This document shows, piece after piece, positions 7,967 to 17,040 of a stretch of 60,551 nucleotides of DNA (position 1 is its first letter; each line of letters opens with the position of its first letter). The notes beneath the pieces are model-generated. The model made no database searches, had not been told where the DNA came from, and saw only the letters and a program-made list of their open reading frames with translations. The stretch spans positions 1 to 60,551 of the IMG/VR virus record IMGVR_UViG_3300036818_000059. One strand, 5' to 3'. The DNA is from a virus (taxonomy: Duplodnaviria; Caudoviricetes). The position numbers were made by a program, and so were the translations under genes.

Positions 7967-8277
7967 GCGGCATCACCGCCGTGCTTGGCGACCCACGCGG
8001 CCAACAGTTCAGGACGGCGTTCACGCAGCGCGGGCAACTCCCGTTCCCGTACGCGCGCCGGGTGAGTGGCCAGTGCGTGAGCAGCGGCCAGAGGCGCCGG
8101 CTTGGCGTCCGCCAGTAGGTCGCAGATCGCGAGCGCGAGATCGGCCGCCTGGTCGGAGGTCAGTGCGTGGAACCAGACGCGGCCCGGCTGCTCCTCGTCC
8201 TCGAAGAACAGCCTGAACTCACCGCCCAGCTTGTCCACGCGGACATCGCCCACCTCGAAGGTGCGCTGCCCGGTCAC
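7963..8277 (-). CDS. Hypothetical protein
   Basis: GTGA coupling, high GC3. Confidence 0.6.
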   Translation of the reverse strand: MTGQRTFEVGDVRVDKLGGEFRLFFEDEEQPGRVWFHALTSDQAADLALAICDLLADAKPAPLAAAHALATHPARVRERELPALRERRPELLAAWVAKHGGDAA

Positions 8278-8450
8278 GAGAAGTCCCGATCGGAACCCTT
8301 GGCCTCGCGGCGGTACATCACGATGGAGACCGTGGTGGACGCCACGAAGACGACCGCGCAGCCGACGGTCAGCCACAGGAGGACCGGGCCGTGGGTGAAC
8401 GGCTCCGTGGCCAACTGTCCGAGCCGGTCGAACAGGTTGTACTGCTTCAC
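8274..8450 (-). CDS. Small membrane protein
   Basis: One hydrophobic helix. Confidence 0.55.
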   Translation of the reverse strand: MKQYNLFDRLGQLATEPFTHGPVLLWLTVGCAVVFVASTTVSIVMYRREAKGSDRDFS

Positions 8451-8662
8451 GACTTTCCCCTCAAGATTCCACGGTGGAACGCGATAGCCACTAGGTGAGC
8501 GTTGTTCTTGGCGCCCATCTGGATGCGCAGCGACGACAGGTGGTTCTTCGCCGTCTTGGCGCTGACGTGCAGCAGATGGGCGATGGCGTCGTAGGTCATC
8601 CCGGCGGCCACGAACTTGACGAGGTGCATGTCCAGCTCGGACAGCTCGGTTGGGGCCGTCAC
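8447..8662 (-). CDS. LuxR-type HTH protein
   Basis: LSELD...VAAGMTYDAIAHLLHVSAKTAKNHL. Confidence 0.8.
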   Translation of the reverse strand: MTAPTELSELDMHLVKFVAAGMTYDAIAHLLHVSAKTAKNHLSSLRIQMGAKNNAHLVAIAFHRGILRGKS

Positions 8663-8781
8663 CGGAACCACCGCCTGTTCCGCCACACGCGCTGCGAGAT
8701 GAGCTGGCCGACGATCGCCAGTAGCGCACCGGCTCCGAGGCCGCCGACGATGGCAAGTGCGTACTGCTGGGAGATCGTCAC
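8659..8781 (-). CDS. Small membrane peptide
   Basis: Hydrophobic 40-aa coupled ORF. Confidence 0.5.
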   Translation of the reverse strand: MTISQQYALAIVGGLGAGALLAIVGQLISQRVWRNRRWFR

Positions 8782-9158
8782 GACCCACCGCCCAGCAGTC
8801 CGCTCTGGTAGCCCAGGGCCACGGCGTGCGCACGGTCGCGGGCACCCAGGTTCTTGAACAGCGCGCGTGCGTGTGCCTTGACCGTGTCCTCGGCGAGGCC
8901 ACCCATCAGTGCGCCGATCTCCTTGTTGCTGCGGCCCTGCGCCATCAGCGCCAGCACCTGCATCTCGCGCCTGGTCAGCGCTCCGTTGCGCTTGTTCTTC
9001 GTGACCTCGGGCGAGGTGACGTGGAAGCGGCGCATCTGCTGCGGCGCCACAGCGACAGCCGATAGGCGCAGGCCGTGGTCCTCGATGGCCGAGCGCACGA
9101 TCCGCCACAGCTCGCCGGGCACCGTCAGTGCCGTGGAAGTTTCAACGTTGGCGGTCAT
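8778..9158 (-). CDS. LuxR-type HTH regulator
   Basis: LTRREMQVLALMAQGRSNKEIG...EDTVKAH...RDRAHAV. Confidence 0.88.
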   Translation of the reverse strand: MTANVETSTALTVPGELWRIVRSAIEDHGLRLSAVAVAPQQMRRFHVTSPEVTKNKRNGALTRREMQVLALMAQGRSNKEIGALMGGLAEDTVKAHARALFKNLGARDRAHAVALGYQSGLLGGGS

Positions 9159-9288
9159 GATCTGCCCCGCTTCCCGGCTTCGATCACGGCCATGGCCTCG
9201 CCGGTGGAGATGCCAGGTTCGATTGGCGTAGCGCGCACGTCGTGCGCCCACACGATCAGCAGGCCAAGCAGGTCCAGGTCGACGGACG

Positions 9289-9573
9289 TCATAGCGCACC
9301 GCCGTTCCACGGGCCGCACAGCAGACCGAAAGCGGCGTCCGTCGACAGTCCGGCGCGCATCGTCGCCAGTTCGTCGGCGTACAGGTCATCGGCGCCGAAC
9401 TCCTCGCGCTCGTAGCGCGGGATGCCGATCAGGTGGTCCGGGTGCACTGGGGGCAGCAGGCCGAACCAGCGCAGCAGCGAGGCCACCAGCGCGGCCAGTT
9501 CCGTCCAGGACCACAGGGCCAGGTCAACGGGACTGGCCTGCCGGACCGGGTTGGGGACCAACAACGTGCTCAT
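9289..9573 (-). CDS. Hypothetical protein
   Basis: Coupled ORF. Confidence 0.55.
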   Translation of the reverse strand: MSTLLVPNPVRQASPVDLALWSWTELAALVASLLRWFGLLPPVHPDHLIGIPRYEREEFGADDLYADELATMRAGLSTDAAFGLLCGPWNGGAL

Positions 9574-9830
9574 GCCGGCACCCCCGTGGGTTCCTCGGCC
9601 CGCGCCAAGCTCTTACGTGCCGACTCCCGGTACTGCGCGGCGATCTGCGCATCCCTCGGCCGAGCTTCCGGGAGGTGGGCGCGGATGCCGTACAGGCGTC
9701 CCAGGCGGACGTCGTGCGTGGCAGCGGTGAGCCAGAAGCCCGGCCACGACGCCGGAGTCTGGGTGAGGTCACCCCAGAAGGCGTCATGCTCCGCCGCGAT
9801 CCGCTGGTCGATCAGAGCGAGGAAGGTCAT
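9570..9830 (-). CDS. Hypothetical protein
   Basis: Coupled ORF. Confidence 0.6.
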   Translation of the reverse strand: MTFLALIDQRIAAEHDAFWGDLTQTPASWPGFWLTAATHDVRLGRLYGIRAHLPEARPRDAQIAAQYRESARKSLARAEEPTGVPA

Positions 9831-10036
9831 CGCACGCCGCCCAAGTAGTGCTCGCCCAACCTGATGTCGAGCAGGGCCTGCGTGAAGGCCGACAGAGCCG
9901 GCAGGACCATGTCCTTGCGGTGGCGGTCGATCACACCGTTGACGAGCGACGCGGCTGCCGCGAGGTCGTCATGGTCCTTTCCGGCGAACGTCTGGACCGT
10001 GGGTCTGTCTGGTATGGGATCATTGATGATGGACAC
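9827..10036 (-). CDS. Hypothetical protein
   Basis: RBS, coupled to the next gene. Confidence 0.6.
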   Translation of the reverse strand: MSIINDPIPDRPTVQTFAGKDHDDLAAAASLVNGVIDRHRKDMVLPALSAFTQALLDIRLGEHYLGGVR

Positions 10037-10060
10037 GAGAGCCTTCTCTCTTGTGGCCGA

Positions 10061-10090
10061 GCGGGTCGTCCGTTCGCGCGGGCGGCCCGC
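10061..10090 (-). terminator. GC-rich hairpin after the antirepressor
   Basis: GCGGGTCGTCCG / CGGGCGGCCCGC imperfect inverted repeat. Confidence 0.5.
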
Positions 10091-10106
10091 GTCCTGTTGG
10101 TGTGGA

Positions 10107-10865
10107 TCAGGTGACGGGCGCTATCGAGCGCCAGACGGTGTCGAACAGTGGCCGATGCCGCTCTGTGTAGACAGCGACGGGACGCATCGCGCCGTCCACG
10201 AATCGGTCCTGCACGGTGGGTACGCGGTCGTAGCGGTCCACGTACTCCGCCTTCACGCGCTTGCCGAACGACCCGGCCAGCGACCGCAGCGCCTTTCCGG
10301 TTATGCCCTTCGTCTCCAGGTACTCGGAGACGGTCAGCGGCCGGGTCATCGGATCGATCTCGGGTTCCTCGCCGAGCGCACGGGCGGCGAGGTGGCGACC
10401 CTTCGCGTCCAGCCAGCCCTTGTCGACCACACCCTTGAGCGCGGACAGCACCTTGGCTTGCTGCTCCAGTTGGCGGCCGAGCGCGACGAGCTGGTCCTCG
10501 GTGGCGCGCGGATTGATCGCTCCGCCCTGCGTCCAGTACGCCTCGATCGCGTCGGCGACCTCAGACTGGTAGGCGATCAGCTTCGGCCGCACGTGCTCCG
10601 CGACCCGGTTCTCGTCGATGGTCGCCAGCAGCATCAGGAAGGTGCGCACGTCGACAGTCGTCACGTTCCGCACTCGACCGTCACTCTGACGTACGGGCGT
10701 CAGACCCGTGCGCGCCCACGACTTGCCGCTGAGCTTGCGGCGCTGCGTCTCGACTTCTACGCCGAGCGCGTCGAGCGCCTCCTTGAGGACGATGTGCGGC
10801 TTGCCATCGACGTCGACCAGAAGCAGCTCGTCGTCGTGGAACTTGAACGGGATGAGCTCGCTCAT
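10107..10865 (-). CDS. Phage antirepressor (P22 Ant N-terminal type)
   Basis: IPFKFH...GKPHIVLK..LDALGV..QRRKL...L..YQ.EVADAI..YW. Confidence 0.85.
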   Translation of the reverse strand: MSELIPFKFHDDELLLVDVDGKPHIVLKEALDALGVEVETQRRKLSGKSWARTGLTPVRQSDGRVRNVTTVDVRTFLMLLATIDENRVAEHVRPKLIAYQSEVADAIEAYWTQGGAINPRATEDQLVALGRQLEQQAKVLSALKGVVDKGWLDAKGRHLAARALGEEPEIDPMTRPLTVSEYLETKGITGKALRSLAGSFGKRVKAEYVDRYDRVPTVQDRFVDGAMRPVAVYTERHRPLFDTVWRSIAPVT

Positions 10866-11019
10866 GCCGCCTCACTCCCCCGCTGCGCGGTGGGCGCGGT
10901 GGGCGCGGGCCAGATCTGGTCCCGCTCGTCGGCGGTGAGCGGCTGCGCTGTGGTGACGACGCGGGCGATGAACGCGTCGAGCGACTCGCCGGGCTCGGCT
11001 CTGATCACGGTGGGCTCGG

Positions 11020-11292
11020 TCATGCCGCACCCACGAATCGGGCGTAGACGTCAACGTCACGTTGTTCGATCTCGAAGGCGCCGGGCTCCAGGTAGAAGTG
11101 CCGCGGCTTCCCCCATCCTCGTGACGCTCCCCATCGAAGCTCGCAGGCCATGGTTCCTGCTGATCCCACCGAACCTCGGCGACCGACGAGCGCCCACTCG
11201 TGTGGCTGGGCGCGCAGTTCGCGGTCGACTTCAGCCCAGTTGATGCGCTTGTTCGTCGCTCGCGGCGCAGGCCTCTTCCAGGTGATGGTCAT
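11020..11292 (-). CDS. Hypothetical protein
   Basis: ATGA coupling; LRAQPHEWALV, VYARFVG. Confidence 0.65.
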   Translation of the reverse strand: MTITWKRPAPRATNKRINWAEVDRELRAQPHEWALVGRRGSVGSAGTMACELRWGASRGWGKPRHFYLEPGAFEIEQRDVDVYARFVGAA

Positions 11293-11564
11293 GCCGCGCT
11301 CCCGGACTGATCGCGCCGACGAGCAGCGGTCTGCACTCGGCGCAGCCTTAGCTGTGCGAAGTACGCCAGCCGAAGGTTCTCGGCGCGCCGGGCACGCTCC
11401 GGCAGGGGCAGCACGCAGTCCGGGTCTGCCTCGCGCTCGAACTTCGAGGCGAACGCGGCCCGCGCCTTCTCCGTGGCAGCGCTTCGGTCCGGCTCCTTGG
11501 CCCACCGGCGGTTGGCGCCGATCTGACCGCCGAGAGACTTCGCGGCCCGCTCTGCGGGGGTCAT
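11289..11564 (-). CDS. Hypothetical protein
   Basis: Coupled to Cro; FEREADPD..LP..ERARRA motif. Confidence 0.7.
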   Translation of the reverse strand: MTPAERAAKSLGGQIGANRRWAKEPDRSAATEKARAAFASKFEREADPDCVLPLPERARRAENLRLAYFAQLRLRRVQTAARRRDQSGSAA

Positions 11565-11887
11565 GCCGCGCTCGCCTGGTCACGCGCGCGCTTGGGGCCC
11601 TTGTTCTCGCGCTCCTTCTCCTGGCGGCGAGGCGGCCCCTTCGGTCCTTCCGGCTGCGCTGGCGGCTCGTCCGGCACGCCGTCGTTGCCGTCGGCGGTGA
11701 TCTCCTGGACGGACAGGTGCAGCGCGCGGGCGATGCGGTGGACACGGCCGAGACGGATCTGGTCGTAGCCGCTGACCGCGTTGCGGAGCGTGCCCTTGGT
11801 CATCCCGACGACGCCGGCGAGCTCCTCCAGCGAGACGTCCAGGACGGCCATCCGCGCCCGGACTCGGTCACTTCGCAACTTCGGCAT
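11561..11887 (-). CDS. Cro-like XRE HTH protein
   Basis: SLEELAGVVGMTKGTLRNAVSG; divergent from the repressor. Confidence 0.85.
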   Translation of the reverse strand: MPKLRSDRVRARMAVLDVSLEELAGVVGMTKGTLRNAVSGYDQIRLGRVHRIARALHLSVQEITADGNDGVPDEPPAQPEGPKGPPRRQEKERENKGPKRARDQASAA

Positions 11888-11894
11888 AGATCAC

Positions 11895-12083
11895 AGTCTG
11901 CTCGACTCTGCGTGATTGGTCAAGCAGAGTCGCGCAGCAAAGTTGGCGTATCCCCTTTACGGGCGATAGGACTCTGCGTTAGTCTGCGTGACTATGAGGA
12001 CCGTTTCGGGGCGGTATCGAGGCAGGCGACGTCACCGTGTGGGTGCACGGGAGTTGGCAGTCTGCGTAACTCTGCGGCATGAT
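11895..12083. promoter_or_regulatory. Immunity switch: divergent leaderless promoters and A(G/C)TCTGC tandem-repeat operators
   Basis: Leftward TTGACC-17-CAGACT 7 nt before the Cro ATG; rightward TTGGCA-18-CATGAT 6 nt before the repressor GTG; 10-bp repeat pairs at 11895, 11971, 12059 and inverted at 11921-11940. Confidence 0.7.
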
Positions 12084-12089
12084 AGGTGC

Positions 12090-12509
12090 GTGAGCACGCA
12101 GAGAAAGCAGCTCAGCACGCTCGGCTACTCACAGGAAGCACGCGACCGGCTCGCGGATGCAGTGAACAAGGCGCGCCTGGCCGCTGGCTACCGCTGGCGC
12201 ACGAATCTGGCCAAGGCGGCCGGGGTGAGCGTCCGGAGTGTGACCGCACTGGAGCGTGCCGAGCCAGGAGTAGGGCAGGCGAACCTGTACGCGATCGCGC
12301 GAGTGTTGCCCGGCTGGACCGAGGACACCATGAAGCTTGTCCTCGACGGCGGCGACCCGCCCGCGATCGATTCCGGAGGTCGGGTGGAGATACTGCTGCT
12401 CGACGACAGCGAGAGGCAGCTCTGGGCACTCGACATGCCCGACGACGTCAAATGGGGCTGGATCTACCAGTATCGGGCATTACGGTCGCAATCCCAAACC
12501 GGCCAATAG
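12090..12509 (+). CDS. Immunity repressor (CI-like XRE HTH)
   Basis: RTNLAKAAGVSVRSVTALERA; lies between Cro and integrase. Confidence 0.8.
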   Translation: MSTQRKQLSTLGYSQEARDRLADAVNKARLAAGYRWRTNLAKAAGVSVRSVTALERAEPGVGQANLYAIARVLPGWTEDTMKLVLDGGDPPAIDSGGRVEILLLDDSERQLWALDMPDDVKWGWIYQYRALRSQSQTGQ

Positions 12510-12573
12510 GCCGAACGGGTCAACTGCATCCAGTCTACTTTCGCGTAAACCAGTTGCGGAGTAGTCAGGATCA

Positions 12574-13302
12574 ATGCCCACGACAACCCTGATTGTCCTG
12601 GTAGCAGTGCTGCTAACCGGAGCACTGGTGCCCGGATTAATCGCGATCAGAATGGCGAGGCGGCTCCGGCACCGACTTGATCAGAACGATCAGGCGATGG
12701 CGATACTGAACTCGGTCCAACGTCCACCGCCGGATGGCGGCAGCCGCCGCCGCCTGCGGATCGCGGCGCTCTGGATGCCGTTCGTTGCCGGCCTCGGCTG
12801 GCTGGCCACGAAGGTTCGCCGCCATCCCGGTGTCGGCGCTGCGGTCGCACTTACCGCTGCCACGGCAACCATCGCCACGCTGGTCATCACCACGCCGAGC
12901 AGTCCGACCGACGACCTCGGGCTGCCGCCCACGCCGCCGCACCCGCGCGTCAGACGCACGCCCGGCGCGACGACACCCGATCGGCCACCGACTGGCACGA
13001 CCGGACTGAGTTCCACCAGTGCGGCCACCTCCATGCCCAGCCTGCCGCCGGCGCCGACGCCGGTGACCATGACCGGGCGACCATCGAGCAGACCACCGGT
13101 GCCGTCACCGCCGCTGCCCACGACGAGCACCACGACCACGACCGGCAGCACCCGACCGCCAGTCCCGACAACCACCGCAGGCATGACGACCATGACGACG
13201 CCACCGACGCAGCCGCCAGCGCCGCTGCTGTGCCTGGACCTGGACGTCCCGCTCGTCGCGATCCTTGACCTCGACGTCGGCGACTGTCCCATCCAGGACT
13301 GA
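12574..13302 (+). CDS. Membrane protein with Pro/Thr-rich tail
   Basis: Two to three hydrophobic segments followed by a P/T-rich region. Confidence 0.6.
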   Translation: MPTTTLIVLVAVLLTGALVPGLIAIRMARRLRHRLDQNDQAMAILNSVQRPPPDGGSRRRLRIAALWMPFVAGLGWLATKVRRHPGVGAAVALTAATATIATLVITTPSSPTDDLGLPPTPPHPRVRRTPGATTPDRPPTGTTGLSSTSAATSMPSLPPAPTPVTMTGRPSSRPPVPSPPLPTTSTTTTTGSTRPPVPTTTAGMTTMTTPPTQPPAPLLCLDLDVPLVAILDLDVGDCPIQD

Positions 13303-13349
13303 CCAGGTTGCCCCGCCGGTCTCCTCCGACTCCGCCGGCACGGGCAGCG

Positions 13350-14249
13350 TCACAGATCACCCAGGTTCAGCCGCCTGGCCTCCTCTGCCGCACGCCGCGA
13401 GGCAGTGGCCTTCACGTAGCGGTGCAGCATCGCCGGTGTTGTCCACCCGGCCACGGCCATCAGCCCGTCCTGACTGCCGCCCGCCTCCAGCCAGCGCGTC
13501 GCCATGGTGTTGCGCATCCGGTGCGGATGGAAGTTGCGAACCTGAGCGATCCGCGCCCGGCGTTGCAGCGCCCGCCATAGCCCGTGGTAGGAGAACCCCT
13601 GGTTGCCGCCGCCCAGCCACAGCGCGTCCGTCTCGGCCAGCCGGTGCCTGCGGCGCATCCGCAGGTAGCGGTCCAGGGCCATCCCGGTGTGGGGCGAGAA
13701 GGGCACGACGCGGCCCTTGCCACCCTTGCCGCGGCGGATCACCGCGGTGCCGGCACGGGCATCGGTCTCCGACAGCAGCAGCTCGGCCGCCTCGGACCGC
13801 CGTGCACCGGTCTCGAGCATGAAGCGCAGCACGGCCTCGTCCCGGACGTCGATGAACGACTTGCCCTTGCAGGCCCGGATCAGCGCGCTGATCTCCTCGG
13901 TGGACAGCGGCACCACGACCTTCTCATCCAGGCGGGGTGGCTTCGCGCCCAGCAGTTCGTCGCGCTCGATCTCCTCGACCTCGGGGCTGGCCAACCAGGC
14001 GGAGAAGTAGCGGACCGCCATGTGCCTCGCCCGTGCGGTCGCCGCCTCCGCTCCGGCATCGAGCAGGTGGGCGGTGAACGCGTCCAGCGTGGGGATCGTC
14101 AGCAGCGGCGCCCGGCCCTCCCGGGCGCAGTAGGCCAGGAACTGGCGCACGCCGGTGCGGTAGGAGTCCAGGGTCTGCTTGGACTTGCGCTGCGCGCGGA
14201 GACTGAGCTGCCAGGACTCCAGCAGGTCAGGAAGATCAAGATCGGCCAT
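13350..14249 (-). CDS. int: Tyrosine integrase
   Basis: TGARRSE, GKGGKGR, HPHRMRN, GW, RY catalytic pattern. Confidence 0.93.
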   Translation of the reverse strand: MADLDLPDLLESWQLSLRAQRKSKQTLDSYRTGVRQFLAYCAREGRAPLLTIPTLDAFTAHLLDAGAEAATARARHMAVRYFSAWLASPEVEEIERDELLGAKPPRLDEKVVVPLSTEEISALIRACKGKSFIDVRDEAVLRFMLETGARRSEAAELLLSETDARAGTAVIRRGKGGKGRVVPFSPHTGMALDRYLRMRRRHRLAETDALWLGGGNQGFSYHGLWRALQRRARIAQVRNFHPHRMRNTMATRWLEAGGSQDGLMAVAGWTTPAMLHRYVKATASRRAAEEARRLNLGDL

Positions 14250-14259
14250 ACGTATATCT

Positions 14260-14390
14260 TGACACGCCCTGCTGTAGCTGTCTAATATCCTATACCTGAC
14301 CAGGTTATCCGCTGGTCAGACCGATGATAGGCCCGGCCAGCCGCTCGACGTACTTCGCGACTACTCACGCCCTGTCGCTGTAGCTGCACC
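14260..14390. other. Candidate attP region
   Basis: Non-coding DNA 5' of int with direct repeats CACGCCCT(GTC)GCTGTAGCTG at 14263 and 14366 and inverted repeat TGACCAG-N8-CTGGTCA. Confidence 0.5.
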
Positions 14391-14498
14391 TGGTCTTCGC
14401 ACGTCACGACCGACTGTAGATGACGAAATATCGTCGAACTACTCCGATAGCCACATCATGCTGATCGCCGACCGCACGGTAACACTGGGGGACCCGAC

Positions 14499-14867
14499 AT
14501 GGACCGCACGTCCACCGACACCACGCCGCCCACCGACACGCTCGCCGAGTTCGCCGCACGCGACCAGGCCGTCCGCGACCGCATCAGGACCGTCCAGCAC
14601 CGGTCCTACACCCACCCGTCCTACTACTCGACCTACCTCGCCGAGGCCATCGACTGTGTCGAGGCTCAGCGCGCCCTCTACGACCTGATCCTGGACATGC
14701 AGTGCTCGGGCCTGGCTACCGGCGTGCTGGGCCGCGTCCTCGCCGACGCTTCCGTCTCCGCGTGCACCCAGTTGCGCGAGGACGAGAAGCACCTGGCCAG
14801 TCTGCAGCAGCACGCGCAGACCGCGGCGTACGTCTCCTACCGCGACAACCTGGCCGTGGCGTCGTGA
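14499..14867 (+). CDS. Hypothetical protein
   Basis: RBS, high GC3. Confidence 0.65.
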   Translation: MDRTSTDTTPPTDTLAEFAARDQAVRDRIRTVQHRSYTHPSYYSTYLAEAIDCVEAQRALYDLILDMQCSGLATGVLGRVLADASVSACTQLREDEKHLASLQQHAQTAAYVSYRDNLAVAS

Positions 14868-15121
14868 GCCCCGCGACCCGCGCGATCCACCGCCGCGCCA
14901 CCCGCATCGAGATCGGCGCCGCGCTCGCCCTCGTCGTGCTGTTCGCAGTGCTGGCCGCGGTGTCCGGCGTCGACTGGCCCCGTCTCGCCTCGGCCACCCC
15001 GGTGCAGATGCCGTCGCCGGGTTGGGTCGCGGTGACGGTAGCGGTCGCTGTGGTGTGTGTGCTCGCCGCGGCGGTCGTCGTGTCCGCTCGGGCGCAGCGC
15101 GGAGGTGGGCAGCGTGGCTGA
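14864..15121 (+). CDS. Small two-helix membrane protein
   Basis: GTGA coupling, hydrophobic. Confidence 0.6.
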   Translation: MSPATRAIHRRATRIEIGAALALVVLFAVLAAVSGVDWPRLASATPVQMPSPGWVAVTVAVAVVCVLAAAVVVSARAQRGGGQRG

Positions 15122-15479
15122 CCTCGACAGTGAGATCCGGCATCACCTCGACGGCTACGAGCAAGGCGATCCATTCATCGCGCACGACGACGCGATCCGA
15201 GCCGTATTGGACCTGCACCCGCCGGAGCCGCTGAGCGCGGGCGTGCTGGCCGAGAGGTTCGGCGAGGGCCACTGCGCCTTCTGCCATCTGGGCGAGCCAC
15301 TGCGTGTCTACGAGGGCGAACTGCACTACCGGCCGGGCGAGAAGCTGACCATGCACGACCACGCCAACCCCGTGCCGTGGTGCGAGACATGCAACGGCGA
15401 CGACGCGGACTCCAGCCAGCCGTGGCCCTGCCCGACCGTCCTCGCGATCGCCCGCGCTCTCGGCGTGATCCGAGAGTAA
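15114..15479 (+). CDS. Cys-motif hypothetical protein
   Basis: GGAGG RBS; CAFC, CETC, WPCPT. Confidence 0.7.
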   Translation: MADLDSEIRHHLDGYEQGDPFIAHDDAIRAVLDLHPPEPLSAGVLAERFGEGHCAFCHLGEPLRVYEGELHYRPGEKLTMHDHANPVPWCETCNGDDADSSQPWPCPTVLAIARALGVIRE

Positions 15480-15491
15480 GCCACCCCTGAC

Positions 15492-15644
15492 GGTCAGTGT
15501 CGTGGCGTGGCGACGCTGACCCCGATCCGGCGGCCGGGTGGCCGATAGCTCCGCGAGAGTTGCAGCCCGCGTCGAGCACATCCCCCGAGCCGGCCCAGCG
15601 CTGTAACGCTGCGCCCCGGCCGCCGGATCACCACGCCCACGGAC
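15492..15644 (+). ncRNA. Candidate structured leader RNA
   Basis: 11-bp hairpin, perfect 15-bp stem 15524-15538/15615-15629 with internal hairpins, loop complementary to 15631-15637. Confidence 0.4.
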
Positions 15645-15666
15645 AAGAAGACGACAGGAAGGTGAC

Positions 15667-16893
15667 ATGAACAGCGAAGCCTCGATCGGCGCGGCACAGT
15701 CCCCGGCCCGGGCCGCGCTCGTCCGCGCCAACACCTGGTACGCGATGGCGGCCAGTCTCGTCGAGGTCGGGAAGGTGGCGCGAAACCGCTGGCGCGAATG
15801 GCACAACTACACGGTGTCGATCACCAGCGAGGACTCGCGCTACCAGGACGTGCACGACTGGCTGCTGCAAGCCATGCCCGCCACGAAGCTGCGGGCGCTG
15901 GCCGTGCGCTCAGACGAGGAGATCGGTCACATCGCACTGTTGTCGGACGACGAGCCGACGACGCCAGACCGCCTGTTCACGACCTACGACTCGGCGCAAG
16001 AGCAGACGATCGACATCGGCAGCTATTCGGTGCGCATCACCGTCGAGCACGGAGCCGACGATGGCCAGAGCCGACGCGCTCCCCGTGACAAGATCGTGTT
16101 TCGGTGCACGAGCCAGGAGGGTCAGCAGGCCGTGGTCGCGCAACTGCGGACGCTGATCGGCACGCACGAGAAGCGCATCCGGCCACCCCAGCTGTGGATG
16201 CTGTCGAACTGGGGAACCTGGCAGCGCCGCTCCGATCTGCCCCGCCGGACGCCGGAGTCGGTGGTACTGCGCGACGGGCAAATGGAGTCGCTCACCGCCG
16301 ACCTGTCCGCGTTCCTGGACCGTGAGGCCGGCTATGTACGGCGCGGGATTCCGTGGCATCGCGGCTACCTACTGCAGGGTCCGCCGGGGACCGGCAAGAC
16401 GAGCGTCGCGAAGGCACTGGCCACGCAGTTCAGCTTGGACCTGTGGTACGCGCCGCTGGGTGACCTGTCCAAGGACGCCAACCTGCTGTCGCTGCTCTCG
16501 GAGGTACGGCCGAGGTCGCTGTTGCTGCTGGAGGACATCGACATCTACCACGCGGCCACGACGCGGGAGGCCGAGTCCGGCCGGGTCACGCTGTCCGGGC
16601 TGCTGAACGCGTTGGACGGTGTCGCCACTCCGCACGGTCTGATCACTGTGCTGACCAGTAACGAGCCGAAGGCGCTGGACGATGCGCTGGTGCGGCCCGG
16701 TCGTGTGGATCGGGTCGAGGACATCGACTACGTCACCGAGGAGCAGGCCCGCAGGCTGTTCGGCTATTTCTACGGCCAGCCACCGACGGCCCAGTGGCGC
16801 GTGGACGTGCAGACGTCGACCGCGGACTTGACCGAGGTCTTCAAGCGGCACATGGACGACCCGGACGGCGCCGAACGGGCGCTCAAGTCGTGA
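15667..16893 (+). CDS. BCS1-like AAA+ ATPase
   Basis: GIPWHRGYLLQGPPGTGKTS, LLLEDID, VTLSGLLNALDGV, LDDALVRPGRVD. Confidence 0.9.
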   Translation: MNSEASIGAAQSPARAALVRANTWYAMAASLVEVGKVARNRWREWHNYTVSITSEDSRYQDVHDWLLQAMPATKLRALAVRSDEEIGHIALLSDDEPTTPDRLFTTYDSAQEQTIDIGSYSVRITVEHGADDGQSRRAPRDKIVFRCTSQEGQQAVVAQLRTLIGTHEKRIRPPQLWMLSNWGTWQRRSDLPRRTPESVVLRDGQMESLTADLSAFLDREAGYVRRGIPWHRGYLLQGPPGTGKTSVAKALATQFSLDLWYAPLGDLSKDANLLSLLSEVRPRSLLLLEDIDIYHAATTREAESGRVTLSGLLNALDGVATPHGLITVLTSNEPKALDDALVRPGRVDRVEDIDYVTEEQARRLFGYFYGQPPTAQWRVDVQTSTADLTEVFKRHMDDPDGAERALKS

Positions 16894-16930
16894 CCGACGT
16901 CCCAGGGAACTCCGCAGGCTGACCACTTCG

Positions 16931-16971
16931 GGTCGGGTGGCTTGTCTCACGGGGTGCGGCAGCCACCCGAC
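16931..16971 (+). terminator. Hairpin terminator
   Basis: GGTCGGGTGGCT / AGCCACCCGACC 12-bp stem. Confidence 0.6.
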
Positions 16972-17040
16972 CTGGACCGGTAACCATCCGCAAGATCGGC
17001 ACGATCAGTGAACAGGACTAGGAGGACTGGGGTGTCATCC

